IMG/VR virus record: IMGVR_UViG_2508501111_000003
Location: 1-64,000 of that record
DNA: 64,000 nt
From: a virus
Lineage: Duplodnaviria; Caudoviricetes
Strand: one strand, 5' to 3'
The notes beneath the pieces were generated by a model. That model was given only the letters and a program-made list of their open reading frames with translations, ran no database searches and was not told where the DNA came from. How positions within the stretch are numbered: position 1 is the first letter of the stretch; each line of letters begins with the position of its first letter. Of the stretch, positions 1 to 9,620 are shown one piece after another. A program made the translations under genes and the position numbers.

Positions 1-390
1 ATGAATCTCGAAACAGGTATGTTCTATAATACAATGATTAAGACACTCAAGGCGCTCTTACGCCAGCTTTTCCCCGACATTAATTGGAGCATTGCTGATT
101 ATGAAACGGTGATTAAACGCGGGTTTATTGATGCATTTGGTCATCCCAATGGGATTGTGATTACGGGTTCATTGCCCAATCGCCCAAAACAAACAGTCCA
201 CATCTCGAACTTAGTGCTCTATGATGCAACCCCGATGTCCGAGGATATGGCTATAACGGCATCCATGGTGGGTGCGCGGATGCGGATTCTGCTTAAGGAT
301 GATTCGTCTCTGCCAATTCCTGCGCATACCCCTGCGCAGAAAGCGCACTTGGGAATTTCCCAGGTGCGCTTCGGCCTAAGCATTTGCTAA
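1..390 (+). CDS. Hypothetical protein; may be 5'-incomplete, C-terminus runs into the phage terminator hairpin
   Basis: 129-aa ORF; last ~18 codons are read through the 341-371 hairpin; no recognisable motif. Confidence 0.35.
   Translation: MNLETGMFYNTMIKTLKALLRQLFPDINWSIADYETVIKRGFIDAFGHPNGIVITGSLPNRPKQTVHISNLVLYDATPMSEDMAITASMVGARMRILLKDDSSLPIPAHTPAQKAHLGISQVRFGLSIC
341..371 (-). terminator. Hairpin after relic tail-gene end
   Basis: AAGCGCACTTGGGA-ATT-TCCCAGGTGCGCTT, 14-bp stem with one G-U; same position as hairpins after the other tail-gene ends. Confidence 0.7.
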
Positions 391-944
391 CCACATATCC
401 AGCCGCTTGATCGGCGCTTCTGGCGTAACTGACACTTCGTCAGAGATCAAGTTAACCGAGGTTTCGGCCAGCGTGTAGCTGCGCTTATTAATTGCGCCGG
501 AAAAATCGCCAATGGTAATCACATCGCCTTGCGCACGTTGTACAATGTGCGCAAGGCCCGCACGCCTAGACTGGCGTGAAGGTAAAACACAGCGATCCGG
601 TTTGGGCTGTGCTATTTCCCAGGGCAATCGTGGTGGCTCCGACTTGGCTGCTGTAATCGCACTCGGCAGCGAGGAACGTGGCCAGCCAATTGGTTGGGCC
701 TTTGACTTTCCAATCGAACTGAATCACCTGAAAGCCTGCACTTTGCAGATTCGCTGGAATAAAGAGCGACTGGCAGCCAATCTCCTTGGCATTCGAGAAT
801 TGTTCGTTCTTGCGCGGGGATAAACTGATCGTGCCATCGTCGTGGCGCATCTCCCAGCGCTCGGGCGTGGACGAGGCAGTTTCCACGGGCAGCCGTCCAG
901 TTTGGTGACCCACCACCAGCCATCGTACTGAAGGTCATCGAGCG
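376..944 (-). pseudogene. Two fused fragments of the 559-aa tail gene
   Basis: Translations match 42640..44319: LDDLQYDGWW, TPERWEMRHDDGTISLSPRKNEQF, then GDVITIGDFSGAINKRSYTLAETSVNL; internal ~0.8-kb deletion near 575. Confidence 0.9.
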
Positions 945-1109
945 CTGGATTAAGAGCGTCCCGAGTACCTGTACTTGGGCAGGCCAGAGCGTAAAGGGCA
1001 TTGTGCATCTCCCATCCCCCAACCCTTGGGCATCGTCGATTAATCCAAAGTGGTGGGTGAAGTAGGCAGGGTCGGCATGGCATTTCGCCAATTCAACAGC
1101 ATTTGACAT
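943..1109 (-). pseudogene. terL: Terminase large subunit 5' stub
   Basis: MSNAVELAKCHADPAYFTHHFGLIDDAQGLGDG identical to start of 59395..60828; joined out of frame to the tail gene. Confidence 0.9.
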
Positions 1110-1750
1110 TGTTCCTCACGCCACTGCTGCAATTCCTTGGCAGCCTGTTCCAACGCTGGGCTATCAATCACAATCGGTGCGCTCCGATCGCCTTTATGCA
1201 CATGCTCTTGCTTCTGTTTGCGGCCTCCGGTTTCCTTGGCCAAGTCATCGAGCACCCCGCGATAATCACTAATCAGGGCCGAGTTATACCGATAAATCTC
1301 AACCTGCTCGGCATACTCGCCTGCCCCAATTTGTTTGACATCGCGCACCCATACATTCGGTCGCTTGTGCGGGTGATCGTCGTCAATCTCTTTAATTTGT
1401 TCTTCTAAATCCTTCGCTAACTCCTTGAGCTTGATCACCCGCTCAAAGTCGAGCGCGAGGCCTTCCTCAAACACCTCGCGGCGACGTGCAGCTAGCGCAT
1501 CATTTTTTGCTTGCTCCAGCTGCGCATCGTAGGCCTTGGCACGATCCTGCCAATTGAATTCGGTTGACCACCGTTCAAGACTTCTTAAATTAGGTTTTTT
1601 ACCCGACAAATCACCGTCATGTACCGATAAACGCTTGAGTGATCGGTTAATACCCATGCGCAGATAATCGTTGCAGGCCACCACGGCCTTATCTGATTCG
1701 TTGGCGTAGCGGTGGCCAATGATAAGTTGTACTGTTTCTTGCTTGGCCAT
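1040..1750 (-). CDS. terS: Putative terminase small subunit (relic 1)
   Basis: Paralogue of 60759..61478; overlaps terL start in the same way. Confidence 0.7.
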   Translation of the reverse strand: MAKQETVQLIIGHRYANESDKAVVACNDYLRMGINRSLKRLSVHDGDLSGKKPNLRSLERWSTEFNWQDRAKAYDAQLEQAKNDALAARRREVFEEGLALDFERVIKLKELAKDLEEQIKEIDDDHPHKRPNVWVRDVKQIGAGEYAEQVEIYRYNSALISDYRGVLDDLAKETGGRKQKQEHVHKGDRSAPIVIDSPALEQAAKELQQWREEQCQMLLNWRNAMPTLPTSPTTLD

Positions 1751-1774
1751 TGCTCGCCGCCTTGTACTCGCTGG

Positions 1775-1873
1775 TTAGATCTTGATCAAGGTCACGAAAA
1801 AAGCACCACAGATCCAGATTGATATAGAACAAAAAGCCATAGACAACACTGAGCCCAACGCCACCCAAATCAC
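1775..1873 (-). CDS. 32-aa hydrophobic peptide between endolysin and terS
   Basis: GTG overlapping amidase stop; MIWVALGSVLSMAFCSISIWICGAFFVTLIKI; positional analogue at 61523..61606. Confidence 0.4.
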   Translation of the reverse strand: MIWVALGSVLSMAFCSISIWICGAFFVTLIKI

Positions 1874-2430
1874 AGCACGGCTTTCAGGCCATCACGCAGT
1901 AGCCCATGTAACAAAGCCCAGTTGAACCCAGCCGGATCGTCTTTTCGTGCATCGACATGGCCGTGGCCAAGCACAGGCAGAAACCCATACTTGCCCCACC
2001 ACTCGCGAATCTGCCACGCAACCATGGTCATTTGCGGTAGCGGATAAGGATCAACCCCATTGCCACGATTTTCGATTTCAATATTGAGCGTGCATTCATT
2101 CAAGTTGCGCGGAACGCCCACTGGGTCACTGCCATCAGGATCGACAGGGCCAATCGTGCCGAATCCGGCGCAATAGGCGGTGTCTTCATCCTTAACCAGT
2201 TTGTGATTCATGCCCGACTTACTAATCAGCCGATGGGCACTCACACGCGGGTTGCTCGTGCGAGTCAGCCACAGCAAACTATTCGTGCCGCCTGTGTGGT
2301 GCAGCAGAATTTGCAGCGGTTGATAGCCAGCTCGTCCAACCGTGAAGTGGGTTGGGGCTGCTGGAAAATCCACGATCGAGAGATCAGGCGTGGTGAAGAT
2401 GCGCGACTGGGCGAATCGGAAAAGGCTCAT
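1870..2430 (-). CDS. Endolysin, N-acetylmuramoyl-L-alanine amidase (Amidase_2 type)
   Basis: ILLHHT, VSAHRLI, LNIEIEN, GHGHV...KDDP motifs; adjacent to holin. Confidence 0.85.
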   Translation of the reverse strand: MSLFRFAQSRIFTTPDLSIVDFPAAPTHFTVGRAGYQPLQILLHHTGGTNSLLWLTRTSNPRVSAHRLISKSGMNHKLVKDEDTAYCAGFGTIGPVDPDGSDPVGVPRNLNECTLNIEIENRGNGVDPYPLPQMTMVAWQIREWWGKYGFLPVLGHGHVDARKDDPAGFNWALLHGLLRDGLKAVL

Positions 2431-2855
2431 AGATGACCATCCTTTTCAATTCGCTCCAGGCCTTGTTCGAGGAGATCGGGGCGCTGGCTATTGTCCTTCG
2501 CTTGCTCAGCCAAGACCGACATAACCCGCTTGAGCGGAGCGGGGATAGGCACGCCGAGCTTTGCGGCATTTTCAATAATACTCAGCAGCTCAGCCAAGCA
2601 AAAGCCCAAGGCGATGCTTTCAGCGACTGGCGCGTTGCCGATAAAGCGCTCAAGGGCTGCGCCAATCATCACGAAAATAAGTTCCATGGCCTTGCGACGC
2701 ATCCCCTTGCCAGACATGCTGCTATTGATTTTGGCATTTTGACCCGCCAACAGCAGGCCAGTCAGGATGTCAAAAAACATCATGAGTAACAGCGTGCCAA
2801 TCGTTGCATTATTCGCAAACCAGTCTTGAAACCATTGCATAACCACCTGCCACAT
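2427..2855 (-). CDS. Phage holin (Phage_holin_4_1-like)
   Basis: DILTG...INSS..GKGMRRK...ELLSIIENAAKLGVPIP pattern; likely start ATG 2855 after GAAGGA. Confidence 0.85.
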   Translation of the reverse strand: MWQVVMQWFQDWFANNATIGTLLLMMFFDILTGLLLAGQNAKINSSMSGKGMRRKAMELIFVMIGAALERFIGNAPVAESIALGFCLAELLSIIENAAKLGVPIPAPLKRVMSVLAEQAKDNSQRPDLLEQGLERIEKDGHL

Positions 2856-2932
2856 AATCAATCCTTCAATCAATTGATAGCTCGCAGGCGAGTATACAAA
2901 AAACACCACGCGAAACGCGGGTTGAAACTAAA

Positions 2933-3250
2933 TCAACCCGCTCTCCGAGCGCGATGGCGCTGATACCGTTGATGGTCACAGGCACGGCACAGCCACGCAT
3001 GGCGGCGCTCATTCGTGCCACCACACACTTGGCAGCGGCGGTTAATGGGGTTTGTGCGTCGTTTGTAGGGATGTTCAAGTGGGTCGATGGCAATGCGGCC
3101 TATCGACTGGTGGATGAGATCGATAAAGCAGCTGATCACCAGGTCAGGGGCATCGTAAAGCAAGCGATAGAGGTGCTGTTGTTCCGCGTCAGTTAAGTAG
3201 GTGGCATGGCGATCCCAAAGGGCATCGAAGATGTGATCGAGGGTAGACAT
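2933..3250 (-). CDS. Small Zn-finger protein, possible late regulator
   Basis: CQVC...CRAC; SD (AGGAG) inside a leader hairpin 3256-3292; TG-TATACT upstream near 3311-3319. Confidence 0.5.
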   Translation of the reverse strand: MSTLDHIFDALWDRHATYLTDAEQQHLYRLLYDAPDLVISCFIDLIHQSIGRIAIDPLEHPYKRRTNPINRRCQVCGGTNERRHAWLCRACDHQRYQRHRARRAG

Positions 3251-3354
3251 GGGCAGCGCTCCTGATGGCACGACAAATCGTGCCGTGAGCGCGGCAGGGG
3301 CTACCCACATAGTATACCAGATTGAAGAGATTCGATATGGGTGAGTTTTGGGGT

Positions 3355-3625
3355 GGTGTTACTGGTTGCGTTACTGCTTTGTAACTGCATTTTCAAAAAA
3401 GCAGTTACGCTTTTTAGGGCTATCCAATCAGCTAAAAAGCCTGCTGTAACTGCGTAACTGCTTTTTCAGCGTAGCACTCACATGAGAAGAATATATTTTA
3501 GTAGTTCAATCGCATTATTCGTCCTATAAAAGCCTACAAAAAATATAATAAACAAAGACTATGTTAAAAAAGCAGTTACGCTACCAGTTACAGGCGAAAA
3601 AGCAGTTACGCCGTTTATTCCCGTT
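3355..3625. repeat. GCAGTTAC/GTAACTGC repeat cluster around an AT-rich core (origin-like relic)
   Basis: Copies near 3381, 3401, 3446, 3453, 3582, 3602 in both orientations; minus frame reads GVTAFSPVTGSVTAF. Confidence 0.6.
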
Positions 3626-3709
3626 GTTCCCGTTGATCGATGGTGAGCACCACATGTACCTTGTGGCAGCATGGTCAATGGCTGAATATCGGCTGAGCTG
3701 GGGGATAGC

Positions 3710-3838
3710 TCAGAGCTTCGTTTCAGACGAAAGCGTTATTTCAATGCCTTCAGGGGTTAACTGGGGTGTAGGCGGCTTAGCACTACCGCAGCTCCAGAGT
3801 GCAAGCATGACCACGATGAGACCGAGACGATGCAGCAT
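3710..3838 (-). pseudogene. Lipoprotein signal-peptide stub (42 aa)
   Basis: MLHRLGLIVVMLALWSCGSAK lipobox-like, SD GAGGAGG, then early stop. Confidence 0.4.
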
Positions 3839-4129
3839 AATCCCTCCTCAAAGATAATTGAGAAGAGTATAGAGCATTGGTAAAGAGGATCAATGGTTAT
3901 GTTAAAGTTATAGAGGCTACGCTACCAATCACATACAAAAAAAGATTCTAGTGAGTTAAATGAATGTAGCTCAGTAAAGTAATAGAAACTTTATTAATAT
4001 AGTTGTACGACAACGTTTAAACATGTTATACTCTGGTATATTATGATGCCTATTTCTGCTTAATTTTTTATTAATTATTTACACTTAGTAATGTAGTCTC
4101 ATGTAAGTAATTAAGACTGCTGTATTTCT

Positions 4130-5377
4130 ATGCCGATTACCCTTAAGACAATAGAATTATTTGCTGGAGCTGGAGGCCTCGGGCTAGGGTTTCTTCTCGC
4201 AAATCATCCAGGTGTCAATTTTAGGCCTTTATGTGCAGTCGATTTTAACGTAGACGCATGTACTAGCTATAATATGAATATGCAATGGCTGCATCAGAAT
4301 GCTCCTCATTTACAGACAACACAAGCTTCTAAGGCTTATCTGCGGAAAGTTGAATCCTTAAACGTTAATGCAGTGAAGAGGCTTTTCCAGTTACAACAAG
4401 GTGATCTCGATATTTTAATGGGTGGTCCTCCTTGTCAAGGATATTCATCTTCAAATCGCCAGGCATCAAAAGAAACACGCGATGAACTTAATAATATGGT
4501 GAAATCCTTTCTTGATCGAGTTCAAGATTTTTCACCAAAAATGTTTCTCTTAGAAAATGTCCAAGGAGTCACATGGACTGCCTCGACTGACGAAATGAGA
4601 ATACCTAGTGAGCAATTATCCTTTATAGATAATGAAGAGATTGCTGATGTTAAAGACTATTTAGTTCATAGAGCACGCGAGCTGGGTTATCACATATGGT
4701 ATTCGGTGCTTGATGCAGCGGATTTTGGTGTCCCTCAACATAGAAAACGATTTTTTCTTTTTGGTATTCGTACAGACTTGACAACTGACCCAAATATTCG
4801 GCTTGAAAAATTTATCAATCCTTATAGAACGAGCACACTTACAACAGTTGCCCAAGCTATTGAGGATCTTCCTGTTATTAATAATGGCGAGCATTGGAAA
4901 GGTAATAACTATAATCCGGTGGCGAATGGGTATATCACTATGATGCGTAGCTTTATGAATAATAATGTTTTATTTGACCACTTTACAACAAATCATCAAG
5001 AATATGTTCTTGAGCGTTTCAGAAATATTCCTGAAGGCGAAAATTGGAAATCTATAAAAAATATTATGAATACGTATAAAAATGTAAACAAAACCCATAG
5101 TAATATTTATAGAAGATTACAACGGAATGCCCCATCGCATACTATTAGTCATTACCGCAAAGCAATGACTATCCATCCTGTACAGAATAGAGGATTATCA
5201 TTTAGAGAAGCCTGTAGATTGCAGTCTTTTCCAGACTGGTATCGATTTAGTGGAACAAGAGAAAGTGCCCAACAGCAACTAGCGAATGCAGTGCCACCTT
5301 TGCTTTCGTCAAAGGTGGCACTGGCTATCGCAGATTATTGGTTATCTCTGCCACATAATGCTCTTATGAAAGATTAA
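4130..5377 (+). CDS. dcm: DNA (cytosine-5)-methyltransferase
   Basis: FAGAGG (I), GGPPCQG (IV), ENV (VI), QHRKR (VIII), RLQSFPD/LANAVPP (IX-X); AT-rich. Confidence 0.95.
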   Translation: MPITLKTIELFAGAGGLGLGFLLANHPGVNFRPLCAVDFNVDACTSYNMNMQWLHQNAPHLQTTQASKAYLRKVESLNVNAVKRLFQLQQGDLDILMGGPPCQGYSSSNRQASKETRDELNNMVKSFLDRVQDFSPKMFLLENVQGVTWTASTDEMRIPSEQLSFIDNEEIADVKDYLVHRARELGYHIWYSVLDAADFGVPQHRKRFFLFGIRTDLTTDPNIRLEKFINPYRTSTLTTVAQAIEDLPVINNGEHWKGNNYNPVANGYITMMRSFMNNNVLFDHFTTNHQEYVLERFRNIPEGENWKSIKNIMNTYKNVNKTHSNIYRRLQRNAPSHTISHYRKAMTIHPVQNRGLSFREACRLQSFPDWYRFSGTRESAQQQLANAVPPLLSSKVALAIADYWLSLPHNALMKD

Positions 5378-7439
5378 AGACAAAAGTATATTTGTCTTTT
5401 GTATCTGGAAATGTTATTGCAGGTATCCAAAAAGGTTTTCCATTCCAGTTTTCGCCAGTAACTTTGAATATAAATAAAGTTGGATATTCTCGGCTTGCTT
5501 TGGCTTTATAGCCGGGTGGTAATAAAGCACCAAATTTGTCTTTACTACCAATATTTCGATTACGGCTAACAATTAAAAGACCTCTCGTAATGTTTCCTGT
5601 CTTCATTAATTCCAGTGCAGATATAATTTTTTTGTCATTCCAAAGACTAAAAGTTCTAGGTACCGAATGGATATTATTTAATATATCTATCAGAATTTCT
5701 ATATCAACCTCTTTTTCCTCGGTCTTGATACCGGTAGTTGGATAGTCTTCCAATATGGCATCAATATTTTTAGTAGTTTTATCTATATCTGACTTATTGT
5801 AATATGGATATCTTTGTAAGTAATTCTTTCCAGAAACGTAATATCCTATACTAAACTTATTTAGAACATTGTTTCTTGTTGCTCTTACCGTGTTATTTAT
5901 AATAATACTGCGATAATTTTCATTAGGATATCTTTTTATTAAATCACGTAATGCTTTTTCTGATTCATAAATAACAGTAAATCTTTTTTCAATTTCTTCA
6001 GTTATAAATAGTCTTGTAACATCCATATGATTTTTTCTGTACCCATACATTCTTGCATGCTGAAGCATGGTATCCATGTTTGTTACTTTTGGTTGTCTCC
6101 CATAATATGTGACAATTAAATTTTTTATGGTGACCCCACGCGCTATTTTAGTTCCTCCAATGAAAATATTATATTTTCCTGAATATGTTGGTTGATAGGT
6201 CGTACTACTGTTAATTACACTTATATCTGTTTTTATAATAGACTCTCTTAATTCATTAATTATCGTTCCTAATGAAATACCATCCTCATATGTACTTATT
6301 ATGTCAGTATATATTTTTTCTAGATAATATATATCTTCACTTGTGATATTATTATCAACATAATCTATTAATGATTTTCTAAGTACTCCTATATATTTAT
6401 TTATTATTTGACTAATTTTATCATGATCTGCTTTTCTCGCACTAATATGACAAAGAAAAGAAAATCTAGTACTAGGTTCATCAACTATCTTGATAGTTGC
6501 TCCAATATAAAATGTTAGTAATGCATCTCGCAGACTATCTGGAATACTATCACCTTCTTGTTCAATCATCATATGGATATCATGCTGATCGATTCTTCGT
6601 ATAATTTTTGATTTACGTTCCTCTAATTCATTTTCATCATCATTTTCATAAATCATGTCAATTTCTTGTTTCAGCGCAAAAAACTGTTCGCTTCCAACAT
6701 AATCAGCCCCTGGTTCCAATAAAACAGTAAAACCAGGTCTTGATTCATGTCCAGAATCTTGAAGAAAGAGTGCTTGAGGAGTAGCTGTAACCTGTAATCT
6801 GACATGATTAGGAACTAAACGACGTATCTCTTCAATAGCACTGAACGTAGGCCCAGCCTCTATAAGAGGATTAACGCTTCTTCTTCGAGTATTAGTATCT
6901 AATCCACCCTCATCAGCTTCATCATCAATAATTAATGCTATAGGAAGGCCCATCTTGAGCTCTTCTTGAATTGTTCTAAGGGTTTGTTCTAACTTGTAAA
7001 GAATAGCAGTATTTTTTGTTGTAACTAATACTAAAACACCCTTAGGATCTTTAAGGGTTTGGGTCATCATTAGTATCTTTTGTTCCCAACTATCCTTCCC
7101 TTCCACTTCTATACTTTGTAAATCTTGTTTCAACCGCTCATCAATTGTCTGATTATAGAGTATAAGGTTATTAGAAGTAAGAATAATAAAGAGTCGATAT
7201 CCATTATCTGCCGCTAATGCTATAGCTGTAGTGAAAGCAAATGTTTTACCACTTTGAATATAGCCTAGAAGCAATCCATGTCGGTTTTGACTTCCTTCTT
7301 CGGCAGAAGGTAATTCTTGAATTAATTCTAGAATATTATTAATAAGCTTATCTGCACCATTCTCACCCATTGATTTTACTAAAACTGTGCGTAGTTGCGT
7401 AATATGTTTGCCATCGGTGATAATATCGTCAAGTTCCAT
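5364..7439 (-). CDS. Z1-domain SF2 helicase-like/endonuclease protein
   Basis: GYIQSGKT, IIDDEAD, TATP, KIARGVTIKNL, QHARMYGYR motifs; convergent with and overlapping dcm by 14 nt. Confidence 0.8.
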   Translation of the reverse strand: MELDDIITDGKHITQLRTVLVKSMGENGADKLINNILELIQELPSAEEGSQNRHGLLLGYIQSGKTFAFTTAIALAADNGYRLFIILTSNNLILYNQTIDERLKQDLQSIEVEGKDSWEQKILMMTQTLKDPKGVLVLVTTKNTAILYKLEQTLRTIQEELKMGLPIALIIDDEADEGGLDTNTRRRSVNPLIEAGPTFSAIEEIRRLVPNHVRLQVTATPQALFLQDSGHESRPGFTVLLEPGADYVGSEQFFALKQEIDMIYENDDENELEERKSKIIRRIDQHDIHMMIEQEGDSIPDSLRDALLTFYIGATIKIVDEPSTRFSFLCHISARKADHDKISQIINKYIGVLRKSLIDYVDNNITSEDIYYLEKIYTDIISTYEDGISLGTIINELRESIIKTDISVINSSTTYQPTYSGKYNIFIGGTKIARGVTIKNLIVTYYGRQPKVTNMDTMLQHARMYGYRKNHMDVTRLFITEEIEKRFTVIYESEKALRDLIKRYPNENYRSIIINNTVRATRNNVLNKFSIGYYVSGKNYLQRYPYYNKSDIDKTTKNIDAILEDYPTTGIKTEEKEVDIEILIDILNNIHSVPRTFSLWNDKKIISALELMKTGNITRGLLIVSRNRNIGSKDKFGALLPPGYKAKASREYPTLFIFKVTGENWNGKPFWIPAITFPDTKDKYTFVFNLS

Positions 7440-7561
7440 TATTCTAGACTCCTATATAGAAAAATATTAATCTGCTAGAAAAAATCTGAAATAACCCTTC
7501 CTCTCATATTTTAAGCACACTTGGGTTATATGTTGTCGGTCAACAGTCCAAGAATAATTAA

Positions 7562-8527
7562 CTAAATCCGATCACCCTTCGCCAGATTACATTTCCGACA
7601 AAGCAGCTGCACATTGCCGACGGTGTTTGCTCCGCCCTTGCTGTGCGGAATGATATGATCAAACTCAAGATAAGAGGCATCGCCACACTGGGTACACTTG
7701 CCCTGATCACGTTGCCACACTGCCAGTTTTACATCTTGGGGAATATAGCGGCTTTCTTGTCCAGTTTGGGGTGCAATAAACTCTCGTTTGGCCATACGCA
7801 CTAACACATCAAATACTGCTTCAGCCATGGTTGGATCTGCCACGCTATAGCGACCATTCCCACTTTTAACCGATAGTTCTAAGTAGATGCTGCCTGCCTC
7901 AGCGTTAATCCGCATGACCTTCTTCCAGTCGATGCTGCTTCCACCCGCTTGGGAAAGAAAATGCAGTTTCTTATTGGTAGCCACAAAACGCCCAGGTTGC
8001 AAGGTAGTGCCTTTGGCGGTGACTTTATGATAGCGGGCATCAGTTTCGAGATGGCAGATTTCGCCAGCATCGAGCCGAACGGTTGGTTGAATCGTTGGCA
8101 GATGACCTTGGCGCACATTACTAATGGTTTGCAAGTATTTGAGGCGCTGGAGCAGCGGTTGGGCTTGATGATCGGGGATGCGAAAGGCCTGTTGGAGTTG
8201 CTGAATATGGGCGGCTTCTTCATTCGTAATTACGCCATCGGTCGATGCAAAAGCCAGTGTGCGTTCAAGGAAGTTCAGTGCATCACCACGAATATAGTTC
8301 AGCGCCTCATCCCAGCTCAAGCCTTCTTGCTGCGAGCCTTGAATAAGGATCGTCCATTCTTGTGGCGATAAAAGCCCATCATTACAAAATTGCAGAAACG
8401 CCTGGCGAAAGCGCTGGAGTTGTTGTTGGACAACGCCGTCGCAGGGGCCGCAGCGATTGGTTTGACGATTGAAGCGTAAAGCACCCATAAGACCAGTATC
8501 TTGGTGGCAGCGCGTGCAAACTGGCAT
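7562..8527 (-). CDS. HNH endonuclease with N-terminal Zn ribbon, TerB-like repeats and PH-like domain
   Basis: CTRC..CGPC; DGLLSPQE/DGVITNEE; GRFVATNKKLHF; CTQCG..EFDHII..GG.N..N.QLLCRKCN; start 8527 after AGGAG. Confidence 0.8.
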   Translation of the reverse strand: MPVCTRCHQDTGLMGALRFNRQTNRCGPCDGVVQQQLQRFRQAFLQFCNDGLLSPQEWTILIQGSQQEGLSWDEALNYIRGDALNFLERTLAFASTDGVITNEEAAHIQQLQQAFRIPDHQAQPLLQRLKYLQTISNVRQGHLPTIQPTVRLDAGEICHLETDARYHKVTAKGTTLQPGRFVATNKKLHFLSQAGGSSIDWKKVMRINAEAGSIYLELSVKSGNGRYSVADPTMAEAVFDVLVRMAKREFIAPQTGQESRYIPQDVKLAVWQRDQGKCTQCGDASYLEFDHIIPHSKGGANTVGNVQLLCRKCNLAKGDRI

Positions 8528-8722
8528 GATCGTCTCACTCCTAGAAATCCAAAATACTCTGAGGTTAGGTATAGCTATATCCACATGAGGCTACAGCTAC
8601 TCTAGCGATCATGCTCGCCGCTGTCAAGAGGAGTTAGGGGGAAATCCCCCATGCGGTTTTCGATTGGTGACTAAAGGGCTTCTTGTAGGAAATATAAAGA
8701 GACTAGAGACTGGCCTTAAACA

Positions 8723-8750
8723 CAAATACCATCCAGTTGGATGGTATTTG
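8723..8750 (-). terminator. Intrinsic terminator
   Basis: CAAATACCATCC-4nt-GGATGGTATTTG perfect 12-bp stem. Confidence 0.65.
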
Positions 8751-8791
8751 CATGATCTTTGGCAGGATTGCGGTTACATCTAACGAATATG

Positions 8792-8985
8792 CTAGACGTT
8801 TAATTGTAGAACTGGTGCTGTCGGAATTTCATCCCACGTTCGTCCATCAAGCTTTCTCCCTGATGTTTTTTTACTTCCTGGACGCATGATTGTTTCGTCA
8901 TGAGGATCTGGACTCCATACATTATTAGGCTGATTTTTATAAATTGCTATGGTGTTTCTTGCGTCTCCGTAGATCAGCAGGGGTT
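8792..8985 (-). pseudogene. C-terminal remnant resembling phage Gp37/Gp68 (DUF5131) proteins
   Basis: Startless frame ending MRPGSKKTSGRKLDGRTWDEIP. Confidence 0.6.
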
Positions 8986-9620
8986 GGTATAGGTTTTAAG
9001 TGAAGCCGTTCATGACAATCTCGACAAAGCGTAATTCCATTCGAAACAACAAAACGTAGTTCTGGATATTTGGCAAATGCTTTAATATGATGAGCCTGTA
9101 AATTACCGCCGCGACGATCACCGCATGATTGACATGTGTATTCATCGCGTGCATAAACAGCATTTCGCCAGTCACGATATTCGGGGCTACGGCGTGCATC
9201 GTTCCTATGTATCCCCCCCTTCCAATTAGGGTTTCGTTCTCCGCGAGCCGCATTAACGCGTAAAACTTGGCTAATCTTTTGTCTTACCTCTTCGCTTCGA
9301 GGAATGCCACGAAGCGGGCTAATGCGTCCTATATGCGCCTCTCTCATACGTTGTTTTGCTTCTTCTGTATGGGTATGGCCTTTAAAAGTCGAAACCCTAC
9401 CTTTATGACTTTTACGAACTTTGACACGACTACATGCATGACAACGGGTTGATAAGCCATCACCACGAGTATGATCTTTATTAAACCACTCCCGTGGTTG
9501 CCATGATTTACATTTGCTGCACCATTTCAACCCTTGACTAAGATTTAATTTATACTCATCAAGTGATATACCTATTCTTTTGGCTGCTATTTTGAGTGAA
9601 CCTTCTAATGTCAGTGCCAT
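8937..9620 (-). CDS. NUMOD3 + HNH homing-endonuclease-like protein
   Basis: CSKC..CHAC; GHTHTEEAKQRMREA (NUMOD3); CQSCG...LQAHHI...NGITLCRDCH. Confidence 0.85.
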   Translation of the reverse strand: MALTLEGSLKIAAKRIGISLDEYKLNLSQGLKWCSKCKSWQPREWFNKDHTRGDGLSTRCHACSRVKVRKSHKGRVSTFKGHTHTEEAKQRMREAHIGRISPLRGIPRSEEVRQKISQVLRVNAARGERNPNWKGGIHRNDARRSPEYRDWRNAVYARDEYTCQSCGDRRGGNLQAHHIKAFAKYPELRFVVSNGITLCRDCHERLHLKPIPTPADLRRRKKHHSNL

